Made by a program: the position numbers and the translations under genes. From a candidate division FCPU426 bacterium (GTDB lineage Bacteria; Oederibacteriota; Muellerivitia; Muellerivitales; Muellerivitaceae), in NCBI GenBank assembly GCA_963847625.1, contig CAWKAR010000029.1, positions 1 to 64,000 on the forward strand: a DNA stretch of 64,000 nucleotides, in the 5' to 3' direction. Below the pieces are notes generated by a model. It saw only the letters and a list, made by a program, of their open reading frames with translations, made no database searches and was not told the DNA's origin. Of this stretch, positions 1 through 11,872 are shown in pieces. Within the stretch, counting starts at the first letter, position 1. Every line of letters begins with the position of its first letter.

Positions 1-955
<955 letters not shown>

Positions 956-959
956 CTGT

Positions 960-2837
960 TCCGGGCCGTTGCTTGAGAAAATCCCGCTTTGCCTGGGGAC
1001 GGGCAATGAGGTTTTGACTCAATACGATATGAACGTCTTAAAGGACGTGGGCCTTCTTAAATTGGACATTTTGGGATTGAGGACATTAACTGTCATCGAC
1101 GACACCCTATGCCTAGCCCAAAAGACAAAAGGGATCAAGATCGATTTATCCGCCATTCCCATGGATGACCCTGAGACTTACAAACTTTTAGGCGAGGCGA
1201 AGACTCAGGGTGTATTTCAATTGGAATCCCGTGGAATGCGGGATTATCTTAGAAAACTCGGCCCGGAAAACTTGGAGGATCTCATTGCTCTTCTGGCCCT
1301 CTACCGGCCCGGACCCCTGGGCTCGGACACGGTGGACGACTTTATTCACCGGAAAAAGGGTCAAGTTAAAGTTGGTTATCTTCACCCATTATTAAAGCCG
1401 ATTCTCAAGACTACCTATGGGGTGATTTTGTATCAAGAACAAGTGATGCGTATTGCCAAGGAGTTGGCGGGTTTTACCCTGGGTCAGGCTGACTTGCTTC
1501 GAAGAGGGATGGGAAGCAAAAATTCGGAGCAAATGGAAAAAATGAGGAGCCGGTTCCTGGAGGGGGCTGTTCAGCGTGGGATTGACGGGCAATCGGCGGT
1601 ATCCATTTTTAATCAAATGGCGAAATTTGCCGGTTATGGTTTTAATAAATCCCATAGCGCGGCATACGCCGTGGTGGCCTACCAAACCGCTTACTTGAAA
1701 ACCCATTTTACTCCTGAGTTCATGGCCGCGCTACTTACGAGTGAATCCGGAAACCGGGACAAGATTTCACAATACGTTTTTGAGTGTAAAAGGATGAACC
1801 TGAAAATCCTACCGCCCGACGTCAATCAAAGCGAGGAGACGTTTACCGTGACCCCAGAGGGCCAGATTCGTTTCTCCCTATCTGCCATCAAGAATCTTGG
1901 GGCCCCGGCCATTAAAGCAATCCAGGCCGCCAGAAGCAACGGGGGAACTTTCCAAACGCTTGACGATTTTTGCAGTCGTGTCGATTTGAAATCTTTCACA
2001 TCTAAGATGATCGAGTCGCTCATCCTATCCGGGGCGTTTGATTTCTCGGGTGCCAACCGTTCTGCCATGAATCAGTCATTGGTGGGTATTATTGGGCAAG
2101 CGCAATCAATGCAAGCTGATTCCCAAAAGGGGCAGACATCCTTTTTTGAGTTAACCAAATCAAAAAAGGAAAAAGAACCACCCGAAATTCCGGAATGGTC
2201 TCCCGCGCAAGTATTAACAGGTGAAAAGGAAGTTCTGGGTTTTTATATTTCGGGCCACCCCCTCTCTGAGCATGAGTGGGAATTGGAACATTACGTGGTA
2301 CCTCTTCACGAGTTGGAAGAGTTGCCTGATGGAGTTGAAATCCGGGTGGCAGGATTGATCCGGAGTCTTTCCCGAACAGTTTCAAAACGGACCAAGGAGC
2401 CTTTCGCCCGTTTTGTCTTGGAGGACCTCCATACCCATGTGGAGGTCATCGCTTGGCCTGAAATATACCGTAAAAACCAGGCAGTCCTGGAGAAGGAACG
2501 ATTAGTTGCAATCAGGGGTAGACTGGATAAGTCGGGGAACAGACTACAGGTCATTGCCAACGAGATTATCGATTTAAATGAGATCGCGACCAAATGGGCC
2601 AAGGGTGTGCGTTTGGACATGAACGTGGTGGGATGGGATGACGCTCTTCTTCCAAAGGTGAAAAAGATTTGCGAGAAATTCCCAGGGCAAGCCCTGGTAT
2701 ATTTTCAAATGGAAACGGCACGCCATGGTTTGGTAGTAGTGGAGGCGGGTTCCGAATTGAAAGTCAAACCGTCAAAAGATTTTTTGAAGGCCATATATGA
2801 GTTGCTGGGAGAAGACCGAATTCAGATCGAGTTGTAA
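960..2837 (+). CDS. dnaE: DNA polymerase III alpha subunit, C-terminal part only (5' end absent)
   Basis: [55 protein letters not shown]-terminal OB fold; the first ~130 codons of ORF 570..2837 are the antisense of the kinase. Confidence 0.93.
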   Translation, partial: SGPLLEKIPLCLGTGNEVLTQYDMNVLKDVGLLKLDILGLRTLTVIDDTLCLAQKTKGIKIDLSAIPMDDPETYKLLGEAKTQGVFQLESRGMRDYLRKLGPENLEDLIALLALYRPGPLGSDTVDDFIHRKKGQVKVGYLHPLLKPILKTTYGVILYQEQVMRIAKELAGFTLGQADLLRRGMGSKNSEQMEKMRSRFLEGAVQRGIDGQSAVSIFNQMAKFAGYGFNKSHSAAYAVVAYQTAYLKTHFTPEFMAALLTSESGNRDKISQYVFECKRMNLKILPPDVNQSEETFTVTPEGQIRFSLSAIKNLGAPAIKAIQAARSNGGTFQTLDDFCSRVDLKSFTSKMIESLILSGAFDFSGANRSAMNQSLVGIIGQAQSMQADSQKGQTSFFELTKSKKEKEPPEIPEWSPAQVLTGEKEVLGFYISGHPLSEHEWELEHYVVPLHELEELPDGVEIRVAGLIRSLSRTVSKRTKEPFARFVLEDLHTHVEVIAWPEIYRKNQAVLEKERLVAIRGRLDKSGNRLQVIANEIIDLNEIATKWAKGVRLDMNVVGWDDALLPKVKKICEKFPGQALVYFQMETARHGLVVVEAGSELKVKPSKDFLKAIYELLGEDRIQIEL

Positions 2838-2846
2838 ACCCTATCA

Positions 2847-5210
2847 TTATTTGGATTGTTGAATTAATTCATCCAAAGATTTAATTCTTGAACCAGGCGG
2901 GGGATTGGGTGATAAGGATTTTGCCTTTAAAAAATCATCCAGGGCCTTTGACTTGTTTTTTTCGATCAGATAAAGAAGACCCCGGTCATAATAGGCTTCT
3001 GCGTTTGAAGAATTGCCTTTAATCGCTTCATTTAAATCAACGAAAGCTTTTTCCTTTTGACCATTTTGGTATTCCTGCAGGCCCATTTGGGACAAGACGC
3101 CCGAGGTAAAGGAAGAGTCTAAGTGAAAGGCCTTCTCCAACTCCCGTTGATAACCGGACGTGTCGCCCACCACTTTCAGTGAATTAGCATGGCTCACAAG
3201 GAAAAAAGGACTTGAAGGAGCCCATTGAACAGCTTTTCTGTATGCGCTTTCGGCGCTTATTAAGTAATTCTTATCTTGGAGCCCCAGCGCGTTGAAAACC
3301 CGGCCTTGATCGTTGTAGTAATAGGCATTGAAGGGACTCATGTTTACCGCTTTTTGATAGGATTCCAGAGCTAACAAGAGGCATTCTTTCGATTGATTTT
3401 TATCTAATGGGGACCTTTGTTCATAGGCCAACCCCAAATAAAGCTGGTATTTGACTTCCAACGGACTTAACTCGGTTGCCCTTTTCATCTGGGCTATTTC
3501 CACATCCGAGTAATATTGGAGGGCGGATAAATCTGATTCGGGATCAGGTTTTTTTAAGTAATCCGAATAAGCGCTTGCCCGCGAAAAAGCGATATCGGCG
3601 CCAAGCCGCTGGAGTGGAAAAAGAATTATGTAAAGAATGAAGAGAGAAATAATTGAAATTGTTAAAACATTTTTCTTTTTAAAAGTTTGCCCCCATGTGG
3701 ATAGTTGGCTGGAGGGAGAGTGGGAATAATCTTCCCATTTACCTATTATCGTCATACTGAAATACCAAAGCAGGCCAAGGGAGACAACGTCAAAACTAAA
3801 AAGATTTTGAATGTGATAAGCAATGACGGATGAAAATATGCCAATGAGGTAAATTTTTTGAACCGGGGGCGATGAACGGTAAGCCTTAATCCATGAGGCT
3901 ATAAAAAAAGCTATGACGCAAAGGTATGATACCAACCCCAACAACCCGGTGGTGGCGGCGACTTGAAGGAGTTCATTGTGGGCGGTTCGAGAACTCACGA
4001 ACTGGCCATCGATCTGATTAAATTCTATACCGCTATAAAATGGGAATGCGATTTTAAAGGTATCAAGGCCCACTCCCAGAAGGGGATGAGAACCAATGAT
4101 TCGAAAAGCGGGTCTCCAAATATGAAGACGAGATGTCGCCAAACTATCGCCGATGTGGAAGAGGGAATCTTTCAAACGCATTAGAAAGGGAGAACCGAAA
4201 TATAGAAGCAGAACTAGAGAAAAGCAGGTCATCAGCAGTCCACCCATCAACACTGACTTCCGGCTATTTTCTATTTTTTCTTTGAAACCCTGTAAAAATT
4301 CTTTTTTTCCGGGAAGAAAAACAATAAAACCAATCATTCCTAAGAAAGCCCCAAGAAAACCACCTCGACTCCCTGTGCTAAAAAGGCCAAAGCCCAAAAT
4401 AATAAAAGTAAAAAATGAAAATATTAAATTATTAAACCCGCTTAATTGTAAAAAGGCCGAACAAAACATGAATAAACCTAAAGAATTGGATAAAAGAAGA
4501 AAGACTGTCCATTGGGCGATATGAAAGGATTGACTGATTCTAAATGTCCCTAATAAAAGAAAACATAACCCTCCTATCATCAATAGAAGAGGTTGAATGG
4601 GAGGAAATGAACTCTGAACCCGGTTGAAAAGGACGCGTTTCAATGACAGGGTTAGGGACAAAGGAATGCACATGGCCAAATATGCGGCTAAAAAATTAGG
4701 ATTGCCTAAAGAGCCAAACTCTCTTGAGGAGTTAATGCTTTCTGGGTTCCATTGAACAAAATCAAAATGATAATGTTGTCCCAACGCGTAAATGGATAAA
4801 AGGAAAGCGGATAAAACGGCGAAGTGCAGATATTTATCAATGTTTAAAATATTTAACGAAATAAATAAAACAAAAAACCAGGTTAAATAAGTCATCTGGG
4901 TGGACAAACCGGAGAAATTCTCATATTCCCCTAAAAGGCTGGTTGACCAGCTTAAACTGGTCCACGGAGTAGAGGAAAGGATTTGGATTAAAAAAAACAA
5001 GAGCAAAAAAAATACCAGTGGTTTAGGCGTGACTGATATTTTTTTAAAGAGACTTAATAACAAAAGCGGGAGGCATAGTATTGTTAAAAAAGTGATTTTC
5101 GGAAGCTCGAATTGGTCATGGCTCGGAGTGAAAAAAAGCATAGGAGTGAAAAAAAGAGCCAAAAGCACGATTAATTCATTTAATTTTGAGACAACTTTAG
5201 AATCAAACAA
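2847..5210 (-). CDS. O-antigen ligase (Wzy_C)-like membrane protein with C-terminal TPR repeats
   Basis: Many TM segments; GSLGNPNFLAAYL, STGSRGGFLG, RLHIW..HPLLGVG, AHNELLQ motifs; TPR-like helices (AYYDRGLLY..ALDDF). Confidence 0.8.
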   Translation of the reverse strand: MFDSKVVSKLNELIVLLALFFTPMLFFTPSHDQFELPKITFLTILCLPLLLLSLFKKISVTPKPLVFFLLLFFLIQILSSTPWTSLSWSTSLLGEYENFSGLSTQMTYLTWFFVLFISLNILNIDKYLHFAVLSAFLLSIYALGQHYHFDFVQWNPESINSSREFGSLGNPNFLAAYLAMCIPLSLTLSLKRVLFNRVQSSFPPIQPLLLMIGGLCFLLLGTFRISQSFHIAQWTVFLLLSNSLGLFMFCSAFLQLSGFNNLIFSFFTFIILGFGLFSTGSRGGFLGAFLGMIGFIVFLPGKKEFLQGFKEKIENSRKSVLMGGLLMTCFSLVLLLYFGSPFLMRLKDSLFHIGDSLATSRLHIWRPAFRIIGSHPLLGVGLDTFKIAFPFYSGIEFNQIDGQFVSSRTAHNELLQVAATTGLLGLVSYLCVIAFFIASWIKAYRSSPPVQKIYLIGIFSSVIAYHIQNLFSFDVVSLGLLWYFSMTIIGKWEDYSHSPSSQLSTWGQTFKKKNVLTISIISLFILYIILFPLQRLGADIAFSRASAYSDYLKKPDPESDLSALQYYSDVEIAQMKRATELSPLEVKYQLYLGLAYEQRSPLDKNQSKECLLLALESYQKAVNMSPFNAYYYNDQGRVFNALGLQDKNYLISAESAYRKAVQWAPSSPFFLVSHANSLKVVGDTSGYQRELEKAFHLDSSFTSGVLSQMGLQEYQNGQKEKAFVDLNEAIKGNSSNAEAYYDRGLLYLIEKNKSKALDDFLKAKSLSPNPPPGSRIKSLDELIQQSK

Positions 5211-5309
5211 AATTATTTCCTTTGTGAAGGACGAATTTATTCTAACACTCGCGAGTGAAAAAAATTATTTATGAAAAAAATTATCGAGCGATTGAAAAAC
5301 GTTTTTTTC

Positions 5310-5337
5310 TTGACAGTATATCGTATCGTTTTATACT
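5310..5337 (+). promoter_or_regulatory. Sigma70-type promoter of the polyamine operon
   Basis: TTGACA-16 nt-TATACT, followed by GGAGG RBS at 5366-5370. Confidence 0.65.
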
Positions 5338-5381
5338 TAAGAAAAATTCATAACAAACATTGATGGGAGGCGTAAAACTTA

Positions 5382-5786
5382 TTGAAGGCACTTGGAACAT
5401 ACCTTTTGATCTGGTTTTATTACTGCGATAAAAAGGTTTTGGATGACGGGAAGTTCATTGAGAGACTTTTCGTCGATGCTGCTTGAAAGGCAAAAGCTAC
5501 AGTTGTTGAGCAGGTGTTTCATCGCTTCAGCCCTCACTGCATCAGTGGAGTCGTGGTTATATCAGAAACCCACCTGGCTGTTCATACCTGGCCTGAATAT
5601 GGGTATGCTGCAGTTGACGTTTTTACCTGTGGGACTGAAATCGACCCCTGGGTTGCTCAACGATTTATTCAAGACGGCTTAAAGTCCGAAAATTCCAGCG
5701 CGTTAGAAATGAAACGCGGGTCACTCCAACTCCCACAAGAGCAGCTTACCCATAAAACCATTGCGCTTTCAGGGGCATTTCGATAA
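5382..5786 (+). pseudogene. speD: S-adenosylmethionine decarboxylase proenzyme (SpeD/SpeH) with in-frame TGA and altered cleavage site
   Basis: Frame from TTG 5382 reads MKALGTYLLIWFYYCDKKVLDD...[55 protein letters not shown] at 5484-5486; ETH in place of the canonical ESH. Confidence 0.85.
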
Positions 5787-5902
5787 GGGAAATTCGCTTT
5801 TTTGGTGGCTTACTTGTCCTACAGGTAGTAGGTCAACTTGTAGACCCACAAGAAACGCTGGACGGTTCTTTTAACCAAAATGACAAAGATGGAGTCTACT
5901 AA

Positions 5903-6847
5903 ATGACAAATATGATAAGCCCGCACTGGCATATTGAGTTCTTTGCTCCAGACGAAGCTCATATGCGGGGTATTTCAAAAATATATGCTTCCGAGAAAAC
6001 CCCTTACCAAAAAGTTGAAGTGATCCAATCCAACCATTATGGAAAGTGCCTTATTTTGGATGGGCATATGCAATCAGCACAACAGGACGAATTTATTTAC
6101 CACGAAAACCTTGTTCATCCTGCGATGGTGACAACCCCAAAACCAAAGAAAGTTCTGATCATTGGCGGCGGGGAAGGGGCAACCCTTTATGAAGTTCTTC
6201 GGCACAATACCGTTGAGAAGGTATGGATGATCGATATAGATAAAAGGGTAGTGGAATTGTGCCAGGAATATATGCCTGAATGGCATCGGGGCGCTTTTAA
6301 GGATAAAAGAACGGTATTGTTGTTTCAAGACGGTCGGAAATTTCTTGAAAAAACCGGTGAAAAATTCGATGTCATCATTATCGACATCCCGGAGCCCGTT
6401 GAAGCAGGTCCCGCTTATCTGCTTTATACGGAAGAATTTTATAAAATTGTTTCAAAAAAGCTTTCCGACGACGGAATGGTTGCCCTGCAATCCGGCTGCT
6501 CTGCAGAAAAGGAATTAACCTGCTTGGCCGCCATTCATCACACCCTTAAACGGGTTTTCCCTTTGGTTTATTCTTGGCCTGCGAACGTCCCTTCCTTCGA
6601 TATCCCGTGGAGCTTTACCATGGCATCAAAATCAGTGGACCCTAAAAACTTAAAAATTGACCAAGTGAATCGGATTTTAAAAGACCGGCATGTGAATGGC
6701 TTGAAGTATTACGATGGAGAGACACATGAAGGAATATTCTTTGTCCCGAAATATATTCGGGATGGTTTTTCCAGAATAAAACAAATCATCAAGGATGATA
6801 AACCATTGACGTACCGGCTGATCGGAGAGGAGAAAAAATTCTCCTAA
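5903..6847 (+). CDS. speE: Polyamine aminopropyltransferase (spermidine synthase)
   Basis: KTPYQ, LILDGHMQS...DEFIYHENLVHPA, VLIIGGGEG, DID, FDVIIIDIPEP. Confidence 0.93.
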   Translation: MTNMISPHWHIEFFAPDEAHMRGISKIYASEKTPYQKVEVIQSNHYGKCLILDGHMQSAQQDEFIYHENLVHPAMVTTPKPKKVLIIGGGEGATLYEVLRHNTVEKVWMIDIDKRVVELCQEYMPEWHRGAFKDKRTVLLFQDGRKFLEKTGEKFDVIIIDIPEPVEAGPAYLLYTEEFYKIVSKKLSDDGMVALQSGCSAEKELTCLAAIHHTLKRVFPLVYSWPANVPSFDIPWSFTMASKSVDPKNLKIDQVNRILKDRHVNGLKYYDGETHEGIFFVPKYIRDGFSRIKQIIKDDKPLTYRLIGEEKKFS

Positions 6848-8368
6848 ATGTCAAAATTCGATGGGCAGGAAAAAACACCGCTGTTTGACGCAATTGTCCG
6901 CTATGCAAATGAAAATAAGGTTTCCTTCCACACTCCTGGTCACAAACACGGCAAGGGCATCCCAAAAATCTTCCGATCCTATGTCGGGGAAAAGGTATTC
7001 AAACTCGACCTGTCGGTCATGAGCGAGGTCGATTCCCTCCACGAACCCAATACGGTTATAAAAGAAGCCCAAATACTCGCGGCAAACGCCTATGGGGCGG
7101 ATTATTCCTTTTTCCTTGTCAACGGCACGACTGGCGGGAATCAAGCAATGATCCTTTCCACTTGTGACCCGGGCGATAAAATCATCATACCTCGTAATGC
7201 CCATAAATCCGTTATATCTGCCGTGATCCTTGCAGACGCTGAGCCCATTTACGTCATGCCGAAAATTGACGAGTCTTCCGATTTAATCCTGAATTTGACA
7301 GCCGAACAGGTAGATGAGGCTTGCCGTCAGCATCCGGATGCGAAGGCCGTATTAGTCACCAGCCCGACCTATTTCGGCCTTACGGCGGATTTAGAGGCGA
7401 TTGCAGAAGTTGTTCACCAACACGATAAAATTCTCCTTGTGGATGAAGCGCATGGCGGCCATTTCCATTTTCACCCATCGTTTCCAAAATCGGCGATGGA
7501 TTCGGGGGCCGATATGTGCGTTCAATCAACCCATAAACATCTTTCGGCTTTAAGCCAGGGATCCATGCTTCATGTCAAGGGTGTACGGGTGGATATTTTA
7601 CGATTGAAAACAACCCTTCAAATGCTTCAAACAACAAGTCCTTCATACGTGATATTGGGGTCCTTGGATGTCTCCCGTCATCAAATGGTTCATGAAGGGG
7701 AAAAACTGTTGACGGAGATTATTCAACTGTGTGAAAAAACCCGTTCGGAAATCAATCAAATATCAGGCCTTAATTGCATAACCAGAGAACAAATCCAGAA
7801 AATTCCCGGCCTGGATCTGGATATCACAAAATTAACAATCTCCACCAAGGGTTTACCTTGCGTCGGATATGACATGGCGAAAATATTAAATTCGGAGTAT
7901 AGAATCCAAACGGAATTATCTGATTTTCAGAATGTTTTACTTTTTGTTTCCATTGGAAATGTCCCCAAGGACCTGAAAAGATTTATCGCGGCTTTGCGGA
8001 AAATAGTGGTTGATTATAAAGACATGTTCATGAATCAAAAGAAGAGGAAGCGAATTGTCTTTCCCCATTTTGTGCCAAAAAAGGAAGTGAATCCAAGGGA
8101 GGCCTTGACAAAGTTGACTCAAAAGATTCCATTCAAGAGATCGGTCGGGAAAATTTGCGCGGAAATTGTCTGCCCTTATCCGCCTGGAATTCCCGTTCTT
8201 TGCCCGGGTGAAGTCATTACACAGGAAATATATTCTTATCTGATGAATTTGTTGGATTCTGGGGCTCGAATCAATGGACAATCCGATGGGCGGTTACAGA
8301 CAATAAAAGTATTGGAAGACTTGCCCTCATCTGCCGGAAGTCAGAAAAAGCTTTTTGCTGTTGGTTAG
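6848..8368 (+). CDS. PLP-dependent Orn/Lys/Arg decarboxylase (fold type I, probably arginine decarboxylase)
   Basis: FHTPGHKHG, FLVNGTTGG, PRNAHKS, VDEAHG, QSTHK (PLP lysine), TTSPSY, PYPPGIP; operon with speD/speE. Confidence 0.9.
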   Translation: MSKFDGQEKTPLFDAIVRYANENKVSFHTPGHKHGKGIPKIFRSYVGEKVFKLDLSVMSEVDSLHEPNTVIKEAQILAANAYGADYSFFLVNGTTGGNQAMILSTCDPGDKIIIPRNAHKSVISAVILADAEPIYVMPKIDESSDLILNLTAEQVDEACRQHPDAKAVLVTSPTYFGLTADLEAIAEVVHQHDKILLVDEAHGGHFHFHPSFPKSAMDSGADMCVQSTHKHLSALSQGSMLHVKGVRVDILRLKTTLQMLQTTSPSYVILGSLDVSRHQMVHEGEKLLTEIIQLCEKTRSEINQISGLNCITREQIQKIPGLDLDITKLTISTKGLPCVGYDMAKILNSEYRIQTELSDFQNVLLFVSIGNVPKDLKRFIAALRKIVVDYKDMFMNQKKRKRIVFPHFVPKKEVNPREALTKLTQKIPFKRSVGKICAEIVCPYPPGIPVLCPGEVITQEIYSYLMNLLDSGARINGQSDGRLQTIKVLEDLPSSAGSQKKLFAVG

Positions 8369-8384
8369 TTCTAAATATCAAAAA

Positions 8385-9446
8385 CTAAACTGTAAGGACT
8401 TTTTGATTTTCTTGATAAAACTTAACGCAATTACGTCCACTTGATTTCGCGTCATACATAGCTTTATCAGCCCTGTCGATAAAGGTCATGCTTCGGATAC
8501 TCTCTACCCCCTCATAAGTGTCAACGCCAATACTTACGGAGACTTGCAGTGTTCGTCCCCTCACCATCACCTGATAATGACCCAAGATTTGTTGTATACG
8601 GAGAGCCAAAATCATTGCACCCTCACGGGGAGTACTGGGGAGTATGACCACAAATTCATCTCCTGCATAACGGGCAACGAGATCGGTCGTTCTGAATAGA
8701 GAAAGTAATTTTTGAGAAATTTGTTTTAAAAACTGATCGCCCATGGAATGCCCATAGGTGTCATTTATATCCTTAAAGTGGTCAATATCGATGAAGATGA
8801 GTGACAAGGGTTGACGGTAACGCTTGGACCGGTTTAATTCATATTCAAGGATCTGCATTAAATAACGGCGGTTATATAGTCCTGTGAGGATATCCCTCAG
8901 GGCCATTTCCTCCACCTTGGCAAAAAGTTTAGCATTATCAATGGTCAGAGCCGCCTGACGTGAAAAAATGAAAAGAATCTCTTGATTGAGTATCTCTAAA
9001 GTTTTTTCAAAAGCTAAAATACCGACTAAACGATCCCGAATTTCCAATGGAAGTATTTCACATTTTTTCAAGTCTAATTGGTTTTCAAAAAGGTGGGTTA
9101 ACCGCTCTAAAGACACAGGTGAAGAAGCCTCGACATTTTGAGAGGAATTTATCCTTAATAGATCTGATTCCTCGCTCGGAGTTAAAGAAATAACCATTTC
9201 AATAACTTTTTTATCATTTAAACCCACGCCTACTATGCCATTCAATTGGTTTTCTATGTCCTCCTTAATAAAAATGGCAGCTTTCGTGATTTTCGTTCCA
9301 GTTTTTAATCCTCGCAGAATGGATTTTAGGAGAGCTGGAAGGGGCTTGGAAAATTGGAGTTCAGCGCTTGCATGATACAATGACATGAGGCCTTGGCTGA
9401 GAACAACCATCTGGGGAGATAAAACTTCCTTCGGATTTGGAGACAC
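8385..9446 (-). CDS. GAF-like + GGDEF diguanylate cyclase (AGDEF variant)
   Basis: DILTGLYNRR, DIDHFKDINDTYGHSMGD, RTTD I-site, ARYAGDEF, ADKAMYDAK. Confidence 0.9.
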   Translation of the reverse strand: MSPNPKEVLSPQMVVLSQGLMSLYHASAELQFSKPLPALLKSILRGLKTGTKITKAAIFIKEDIENQLNGIVGVGLNDKKVIEMVISLTPSEESDLLRINSSQNVEASSPVSLERLTHLFENQLDLKKCEILPLEIRDRLVGILAFEKTLEILNQEILFIFSRQAALTIDNAKLFAKVEEMALRDILTGLYNRRYLMQILEYELNRSKRYRQPLSLIFIDIDHFKDINDTYGHSMGDQFLKQISQKLLSLFRTTDLVARYAGDEFVVILPSTPREGAMILALRIQQILGHYQVMVRGRTLQVSVSIGVDTYEGVESIRSMTFIDRADKAMYDAKSSGRNCVKFYQENQKVLTV

Positions 9447-9695
9447 AGTTTTTTCTCTTTAAAGGCGATAAGAATTTGAGCATTTTTCCTGTAATTTCAA
9501 TACGGGAAATTTGAGTGTTGGTAGAAATTCGTAGTATTATTGTTCAAAGTTTCACAGCTGAAAAGACAGAAAAACAACTATTTATGGAAAATGTTTTCCT
9601 GGAAGTGCGTTTTATGGCGGCCATTCGTAATTTGTCGTAATTGCTCACTAATGAAACTAAACTGAGACTGTTTTCAGAAGTTTTAATCGAAGGAT

Positions 9696-10754
9696 TTGAC
9701 CTTGGCCCATACACCAGTTGTATTAATTACCGGCGGAGCCGGATATATCGGCAGCCATGCCGTAAATGCTTCAACTCAATTTGGATTTTACCCGGTGGTT
9801 TTCGATAATTTATCCATGGGACATGACTGGGCAGTACAAAAGGCGGAATTGGTCCAAGGTGACCTCAAGGACGCGAATAAATTAAAACAAGTATTTAAAA
9901 AATACAAACCCATCGCCGTTATGCACTTCGCTTCCCACGCTTATGTCGGTGAATCCGTTATTAATCCCCAAAAATATTACAAAGATAACCTCACAAATGC
10001 CATGAACCTTTTCTCTGTCATGCTGAACGATGGGGTTAAATATTTTATTTTTTCTTCCTCCTGCGCGGTTTATGGGGAACCCCAAATCATTCCGATCACG
10101 GAAGACCATCCCCAAAACCCCGTCAATCCGTACGGAGACTCCAAGATGATGATTGAAAGGATACTTGGTTGGTATCGGAAAGCTTACGGTCTCCAGTCAA
10201 CGTTATTAAGATATTTCAACGCCGCAGGCGCAGATCCTTCAGGGATGCTGGGCGAGGTCCACGATCCTGAAACGCACTTAATTCCGCTTGTGCTGGATGC
10301 GGCATTGGGGATTCGAAAAAATATAACCATTTTTGGGGACGATTATCCAACTCCAGATGGTACCTGTATCCGGGATTATATTCATGTCAATGACCTGGCT
10401 AACGCCCATTTCCTTGCGCTTCGCAGAATGATAAGTACGGGAAAAAGTGAATTTTTTAATCTTGGGACCGGGAAAGGCTATTCCGTAAAGGAGATTATTT
10501 TGGGAGCGGAAAAAATAACCGGAAAGAAAATTCCGGTTCAAAAAGGGTCGCATCGAGAGGGGGATCCTCCCATCCTGGTAGCCCAGGCGAAAAAAGCGGA
10601 GAAAATATTGAATTGGAAACCACAATATTCAAGTTTGACGAATATATTAGGGACTGCATGGAAGTGGCATCAAAAATGGTTTGGAAGAAAGCGGGAAAAG
10701 TCAAAAAGGGATAAAAAGAATAATAAACCGGTTACACGGAAAATAAACAAATAA
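9696..10754 (+). CDS. galE: UDP-glucose 4-epimerase
   Basis: GGAGYIGSH, FSSSCAVYG, PYGDSK (YxxxK), LRYFNAAGA, DGTCIRDYIHV. Confidence 0.93.
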   Translation: MTLAHTPVVLITGGAGYIGSHAVNASTQFGFYPVVFDNLSMGHDWAVQKAELVQGDLKDANKLKQVFKKYKPIAVMHFASHAYVGESVINPQKYYKDNLTNAMNLFSVMLNDGVKYFIFSSSCAVYGEPQIIPITEDHPQNPVNPYGDSKMMIERILGWYRKAYGLQSTLLRYFNAAGADPSGMLGEVHDPETHLIPLVLDAALGIRKNITIFGDDYPTPDGTCIRDYIHVNDLANAHFLALRRMISTGKSEFFNLGTGKGYSVKEIILGAEKITGKKIPVQKGSHREGDPPILVAQAKKAEKILNWKPQYSSLTNILGTAWKWHQKWFGRKREKSKRDKKNNKPVTRKINK

Positions 10755-10769
10755 AATACGACAGTTCGT

Positions 10770-11315
10770 TCATTTAAAAACAGTTTTTCGATAAAATTTC
10801 AACTCTTCTATGGTCTCCAAGATATCTTCTAAAGCCTTGTGCATTTGTTTTTTAACCGGAGCCTGATTTTCAGGCCCGTACCAACGTTTCACCAGTTCCT
10901 TGATCGTACTCACGTCCACCAGGCGGTAATGAAGAAAATCATCCAATTTTGGCATATATTCGATTAAAAACCTGCGGTCCTGGTAAATGGTATTGCCGCA
11001 CAAGGGACTGCTTTTGGGTTTGGAATATTGGGATATAAACTCCAATGTCAACCGTTCCGCCTCTTCCGTGGAAAAACCCGAATTTATAACTCTTTCCAAA
11101 AGCCCGGATAGGGCGTGATGTTTTTTATTCCATTCGTCCATTTTTTCAAGCACGGCGGGAGAATGGTGGATGGCCAAGACAGGCCCTTGCGCAACAACGT
11201 TCAAGTCTTTATCCGTGATGAGAGTAGCGATTTCCAGTATGGAGCAACTTTTTGGGTCTAATCCTGTCATCTCCAAATCCATCCATACTAAGTTTGTTTC
11301 GTTTGGGGAGGTCAT
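10770..11315 (-). CDS. orn: Oligoribonuclease
   Basis: LVWMDLEMTGLD, PLCGNTIYQDRRFL, HYRLVDVSTIKEL, HKALEDI. Confidence 0.95.
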   Translation of the reverse strand: MTSPNETNLVWMDLEMTGLDPKSCSILEIATLITDKDLNVVAQGPVLAIHHSPAVLEKMDEWNKKHHALSGLLERVINSGFSTEEAERLTLEFISQYSKPKSSPLCGNTIYQDRRFLIEYMPKLDDFLHYRLVDVSTIKELVKRWYGPENQAPVKKQMHKALEDILETIEELKFYRKTVFK

Positions 11316-11336
11316 GGGGTTCCTTTCAAATAATTT

Positions 11337-11870
11337 TCAAGGAGATACCGTTTTATCCAAAAAAGCGGATTGGATCGGATTCCTTCTTTCAAAAAGATCC
11401 TTGGAGGAACGGATTCGATCCAAAAAAAGAATTCCATCCAAATGATCCACCTCGTGTTGAATCGCCACCGCCTCAAAACCAACGCATATCATTTGAATTT
11501 TTTGTTTTTTTTCGTTGAAGGCGCTGATTAGGATTTTTTGCGCCCTTTTCACATTTGCCAATAGATTGGGAAAGCTCAAGCAACCTTCCCGGCTGATTTT
11601 CCACTGGCTGGCCTCGAGAATTAGAGGGTTTACCAACTTCAAAAGACCGTGATTCTTACCAGGATGCGGTGATCGGGAAACATCAACAACTATACAGCGG
11701 GATAAATGTCCAATTTGGGGGGCGGCCAATCCGACACAACTCGGATGATTCTCCATGGTGTCGTAAAGGTTACTCAATATCCTTTCCCATTCCGGGTTTT
11801 GGCAATCCATTTCTCCTGTTTTTTGTTTAAGCAATGGGTGGGGGTAGGTCAGTATCGGTAAAACGGCCAT
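11337..11870 (-). CDS. def: Peptide deformylase
   Basis: VGLAAPQIG, EGCLS, QHEVDHLDG motifs. Confidence 0.95.
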   Translation of the reverse strand: MAVLPILTYPHPLLKQKTGEMDCQNPEWERILSNLYDTMENHPSCVGLAAPQIGHLSRCIVVDVSRSPHPGKNHGLLKLVNPLILEASQWKISREGCLSFPNLLANVKRAQKILISAFNEKKQKIQMICVGFEAVAIQHEVDHLDGILFLDRIRSSKDLFERRNPIQSAFLDKTVSP

Positions 11871-11872
11871 GT

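Noticed and set aside
5484..5486. Genome-wide UGA reassignment or selenocysteine
   Set aside because: Many genes here end normally at TGA and other long ORFs are uninterrupted. The position is not a conserved Cys. The TGA in secA at 34434 results from a frameshift.
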